29,864 nucleotides of DNA. Source: Candidatus Rokuibacteriota bacterium (GTDB taxonomy: Bacteria; Methylomirabilota; Methylomirabilia; Rokubacteriales; DASRDR01). Each line of letters opens with the position of its first letter. Positions within the stretch are counted from its first letter, which is position 1. Under the pieces are notes generated by a model. That model did not search any database and was not told the DNA's origin. It saw nothing but the letters and a program-made list of their open reading frames with translations. The stretch covers positions 1 to 29,864 of the forward strand of contig JBIOTN010000207.1 in NCBI GenBank assembly GCA_044866005.1, read 5' to 3'. Positions 26,978 through 29,864 of this stretch are shown in pieces. The translations under genes and the position numbers were made by a program.

Positions 26978-27229
26978 GTGCTCGCCGCCGACCTGAAGAG
27001 CTTCATCGGCTCCGAGTTGCTCTTCGGCCGGCCCGAGCTGTCTTTTTCGGACGACGCGGAGCTCTTCGGGGAGGGGTTCGTGGATTCCCTCGGCCTCATG
27101 CGCCTCGTGGCGCACCTCCAGGAGGCCTACCGGATCGCCGTGGCGGACGAAGATCTGGTCCCGGAGAACTTCGCGACGGTGGCGCGGCTGGCGCGCTTCG
27201 TCGAGCGGAAGCGGCGGGGCGGCCCGTGA
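26978..27229 (+). CDS. Peptidyl/acyl carrier protein 1 (PltL-like)
   Basis: GFVDSLGLMRLV (Ppant Ser), EDLVPENFATV. GAGAGG RBS before GTG 26978; upstream alternative starts at 26906 and 26936. Confidence 0.9.
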   Translation: MLAADLKSFIGSELLFGRPELSFSDDAELFGEGFVDSLGLMRLVAHLQEAYRIAVADEDLVPENFATVARLARFVERKRRGGP

Positions 27230-28500
27230 CCGCGCATGATGCGATCGTCATCGGCGGAGGGCCGGGCGGCGCCGCCGCCGCCACGTGGCTCGCGCGGTTC
27301 GGCCGTCGCGTCGTCCTGTTCGAGCGGGAGCGCTTCCCGCGGTTCCACGTGGGCGAGTCGCTCGTGCCCGGCGTGAACGAGCTGCTCTTCGAGCTGGGGC
27401 TCGACGACAAGATCGAGCGCGCGCGGTTCCAGATGAAGGCCGGCGGAAACCTGACCTCGCCCTCGGGCCGCTACGTGAAGTTCCACCTCTCGCTCATCAA
27501 GGACCAGCTCCGGAAGCCCTACACCTTCCAGGTGCTCCGATCCAAGTTCGACGAGATCCTGCTGAGCCACGCCCGGGAGCACGGCGCCGACGTCCAGGAG
27601 GGCGTGCGCGTGCTGGACCTCGTCCTGGACGGCGAGCGCGTCGTCGGGGTCACCGTGGCCGCGCCGGGCGGCCCCGCCCGCCAGGTCCGGGCGCCGATCG
27701 TCGTGGATGCCAGCGGACGCGACACCTTCGTCGCCAGCAAGTTCCGGCTGCGGCGGCGAGACCCGGTCCTCAACAAGGTCTCCATCTGGGGGCACTTCGA
27801 GGGGGTTCCCCGGGATCCGGCTCCCGACGACGGGAACCTGATCGCCGCGGTGTTCGACGAGGGATGGTTCTGGATCATCCCGCTGGCGGGCGGGACGACG
27901 AGCGTCGGCGCGGTGGTCGACGCCGCGGCCGTGAAGGGCAAGCGGAAGACCGAGGACCTCTTCGGGCGGTTCGTGAGCCAGTGCCCGTTCGTCGCCGACC
28001 GGATGCGGGGGGCGGTCGCGGTCTCCCCGCTCTATACGGTGTCGAACCTCGCCTATCGCGCGAGCCGCTTCTCCGGGCCGGGCTACGTCCTGGTCGGGGA
28101 CGCGGCGATCTTCCTGGACCCCATCTACTCGTACGGCGTCTACCTGGCCCTGAAGATGGGCAAGCTCGCCGCCGAGCGGATCCAGGGAGGGCTTGCCGCG
28201 GGCCGTCCGACCACGGAGGACTTCGCGTCGTACGAGGCGTCGATCCGGCGCGAGGTGGAGGTCGTGTTCAACCAGATCTACAACTGGTATCGCTTCATCG
28301 GGGACAAGGACCGCGTCGAGCGGTTCCTGCCGCTCATGATCCGCTGGGTCACCTTACGGCGGAGCTTCAGCCTGCTCTTCAGCGGGATGTACGACCAGCT
28401 CGACCCGGACGGCCCGTCGGCCATGGTCCAGCTGCTGAAGCGGCCGCTCGTCAAGACGGTGCCGCCGCCCGGCACCACGCGAGGATCGGATGGCGGGTGA
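27226..28500 (+). CDS. Flavin-dependent halogenase, carrier-protein-acting type (PltA/Bmp2-like)
   Basis: GGGPGG, FPRFHVGESL, FQMKAG (putative catalytic Lys), DASG, WFWIIP (WxWxIP), GDAAIFLDPIYSYGV. Confidence 0.85.
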   Translation: MTAHDAIVIGGGPGGAAAATWLARFGRRVVLFERERFPRFHVGESLVPGVNELLFELGLDDKIERARFQMKAGGNLTSPSGRYVKFHLSLIKDQLRKPYTFQVLRSKFDEILLSHAREHGADVQEGVRVLDLVLDGERVVGVTVAAPGGPARQVRAPIVVDASGRDTFVASKFRLRRRDPVLNKVSIWGHFEGVPRDPAPDDGNLIAAVFDEGWFWIIPLAGGTTSVGAVVDAAAVKGKRKTEDLFGRFVSQCPFVADRMRGAVAVSPLYTVSNLAYRASRFSGPGYVLVGDAAIFLDPIYSYGVYLALKMGKLAAERIQGGLAAGRPTTEDFASYEASIRREVEVVFNQIYNWYRFIGDKDRVERFLPLMIRWVTLRRSFSLLFSGMYDQLDPDGPSAMVQLLKRPLVKTVPPPGTTRGSDGG

Positions 28501-28768
28501 GGTCGAGGCCGAGATCGCGCGCATCCTGGTGACGTCGATCGTCCCGGGGACGGATCCCGCGAAGGTGACGCCGGACACGCCGCTGATCGAAGGCGGTCTC
28601 GGGCTGGACTCCGTCAACCTGCTGGAGCTGATCGTCGCGATCGAGGAGCATTTCGGGATCACGATCGAGGACGAGGACCTCAGCATCGCGTTGATCGCGA
28701 CCGTCGGCAGCCTCGCCGGCTACGTGCGAGGCAAGCTCGCGTCCTCGGGCCCTGCGCTGAAGGCCTGA
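28490..28768 (+). CDS. Acyl carrier protein 2
   Basis: GLGLDSVNLLELIVAIEEHFGITI.DED. Confidence 0.92.
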   Translation: MAGEVEAEIARILVTSIVPGTDPAKVTPDTPLIEGGLGLDSVNLLELIVAIEEHFGITIEDEDLSIALIATVGSLAGYVRGKLASSGPALKA

Positions 28769-28869
28769 GGCTTGCGTCCGCGGTCGGCGCCGCCGCCTCG
28801 TCGGCCCCGCGGCCGATACCGCGCGGGCCTCCCCGGGGGCCGGGGCGGGGCTGGGGGCACCGCGTTGCC

Positions 28870-29778
28870 GTGCTGACGGGCGTCATCTACCGGCTCTTCG
28901 AGCCGGCCGTCCTGCGCGCGCTCTGTCGCTGCCCTCCCCCCCTGACGTACGCCGGCCTGTCGCTGCTGGGAAGGCTCCGCTACCGGCTGTGGCGGCGGCG
29001 GCGCCGGGCCGTGGAGAACCGCATCACCGCGCTGGTCGGCCCGCTCCCCTCCGACCGACTCGACCGGGTCGTCGAGACCTTGTTCGTCAACGCCCTCCAG
29101 GACCGCGTGCGCGAGCTCCCGCTGTCCTCGCTGGGGGACGAGGCGCTCGCGCAGTTCGTCACCATCGAAGGGATGGAGCACGTGGACAGCGCCCTGCGGG
29201 ACGGAACCGGAGGGCTGCTCCTGGGCACGCGGGTCGGATCGCCCTACATGATCTGTTACGTGCTGCGCCGGATGCGCTACCCGCTGGTCCGCGCCGGCCG
29301 TCCGGGTGTGGTCACGCGGCGGCTCGACGCCGAGGTGTACCCCGGCCTCGAGCGAGCCCTGGGGACCGTGTTCGACGACATCTTCCTGGCCAAAGGCCGC
29401 GACAGCGGTCGGCTGGCGCTCCAGCTCAAGCGCATGCACTCCGTGCTCAGGTCGAACCGGCTCTTGTTCGTGAGAGCCGACGGCGGCAGCGTCACCCGGC
29501 CGGTGGAGGTGCCGTTCTTCGGCCGGGACGTCGGGTTCCCCCCGGGATGGGTTTCCCTCGCGCGGCTGACGGGGGCGCCCGCCATGCCGGTCTTCATGGT
29601 TCGCGAGGGCCGCGCGGGGGCCGTGCGCATCCAGATCCACTCGCCGATCTCCCGCAAGCTGATCGAGGCCCCGGACCCCGCCGCGCCCGTGGCCGCGTAC
29701 GCCGAAGCGCTCGAGGCCCACGTCCGACGCCATCCGTGCAATGCCGGCGGGCTGGCGACCTCCGGACGGGGGAAGTAG
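28870..29778 (+). CDS. LpxL/HtrB-like (lysophospholipid acyltransferase superfamily) protein with a degenerate catalytic motif
   Basis: IEGMEHVDSAL..G.G.LL, L..N......D, VPFFGR..FPPG...LARLTGAP.MPVF, LEA.VRRHP. Confidence 0.8.
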   Translation: MLTGVIYRLFEPAVLRALCRCPPPLTYAGLSLLGRLRYRLWRRRRRAVENRITALVGPLPSDRLDRVVETLFVNALQDRVRELPLSSLGDEALAQFVTIEGMEHVDSALRDGTGGLLLGTRVGSPYMICYVLRRMRYPLVRAGRPGVVTRRLDAEVYPGLERALGTVFDDIFLAKGRDSGRLALQLKRMHSVLRSNRLLFVRADGGSVTRPVEVPFFGRDVGFPPGWVSLARLTGAPAMPVFMVREGRAGAVRIQIHSPISRKLIEAPDPAAPVAAYAEALEAHVRRHPCNAGGLATSGRGK

Positions 29779-29864
29779 GCGCGCGATCCGCGATCGCCGG
29801 CCATGCGCCGTCCTGCACGCGCGGGTCCGCCCGTCGCCGGCGGACTCCCGGCGCGCCCGGCTGG

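Noticed and set aside
1587..27099. Many long antisense or off-frame ORFs (e.g. 1587-3860, 5668-8112, 9194-11788, 17516-19729, 19836-22445, 25075-27099)
   Set aside because: Arg/Pro/Gly-rich shadow frames overlapping well-supported genes; expected at this GC content.
25294..27229. dltA/dltC D-alanylation interpretation
   Set aside because: Proline-type code, adjacent prolyl-type ACAD and halogenase, and no DltB or DltD in the window.
1..29864. CRISPR array, intact IS or integrase, rRNA, exosortase or PEP-CTERM gene
   Set aside because: No repeat-spacer periodicity or diagnostic motifs seen; the GH5 lacks a PEP-CTERM tail.

Overview
Very GC-rich bacterial DNA; the taxon cannot be fixed from sequence alone. 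Left end (1-1545): a DUF899 gene, then a scrambled junction with a split, partly inverted DUF2182-like fragment fused in frame to the 3' half of a DinB-family gene, lying downstream of a minus-strand tRNA-Phe(GAA) at 1546-1621. Next come a hydantoinase/oxoprolinase B+A pair, a 23-aa-repeat protein and a DoxX gene. From about 6.7 to 22.4 kb is a glycan and cell-surface region: sugar-phosphate nucleotidyltransferase, GT4, amylo-alpha-1,6-glucosidase-like hydrolase, orphan NtrC-type sigma54 activator, SAM methyltransferase, secreted GH5 with three tandem beta-rich domains, CelD/BcsL-like GNAT, atypical receiver protein and a large GT-C+TPR glycosyltransferase. I found five -24/-12 sigma54-like motifs in this region. 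The most interesting element is the operon at about 22.4-29.8 kb. It has two exosortase-system-like alpha/beta hydrolases, a prolyl-PCP-type dehydrogenase, an adenylation enzyme whose hand-extracted specificity code is DLLYLALVCK (proline, pyrrole-pathway type), two carrier proteins, a flavin-dependent halogenase and a degenerate LpxL-like acyltransferase. No PKS or NRPS condensation enzyme is visible. My hypothesis is a (halo)pyrrole-2-carboxyl unit transferred to a surface glycan or glycolipid. All family assignments come from motif recognition, not database searches.
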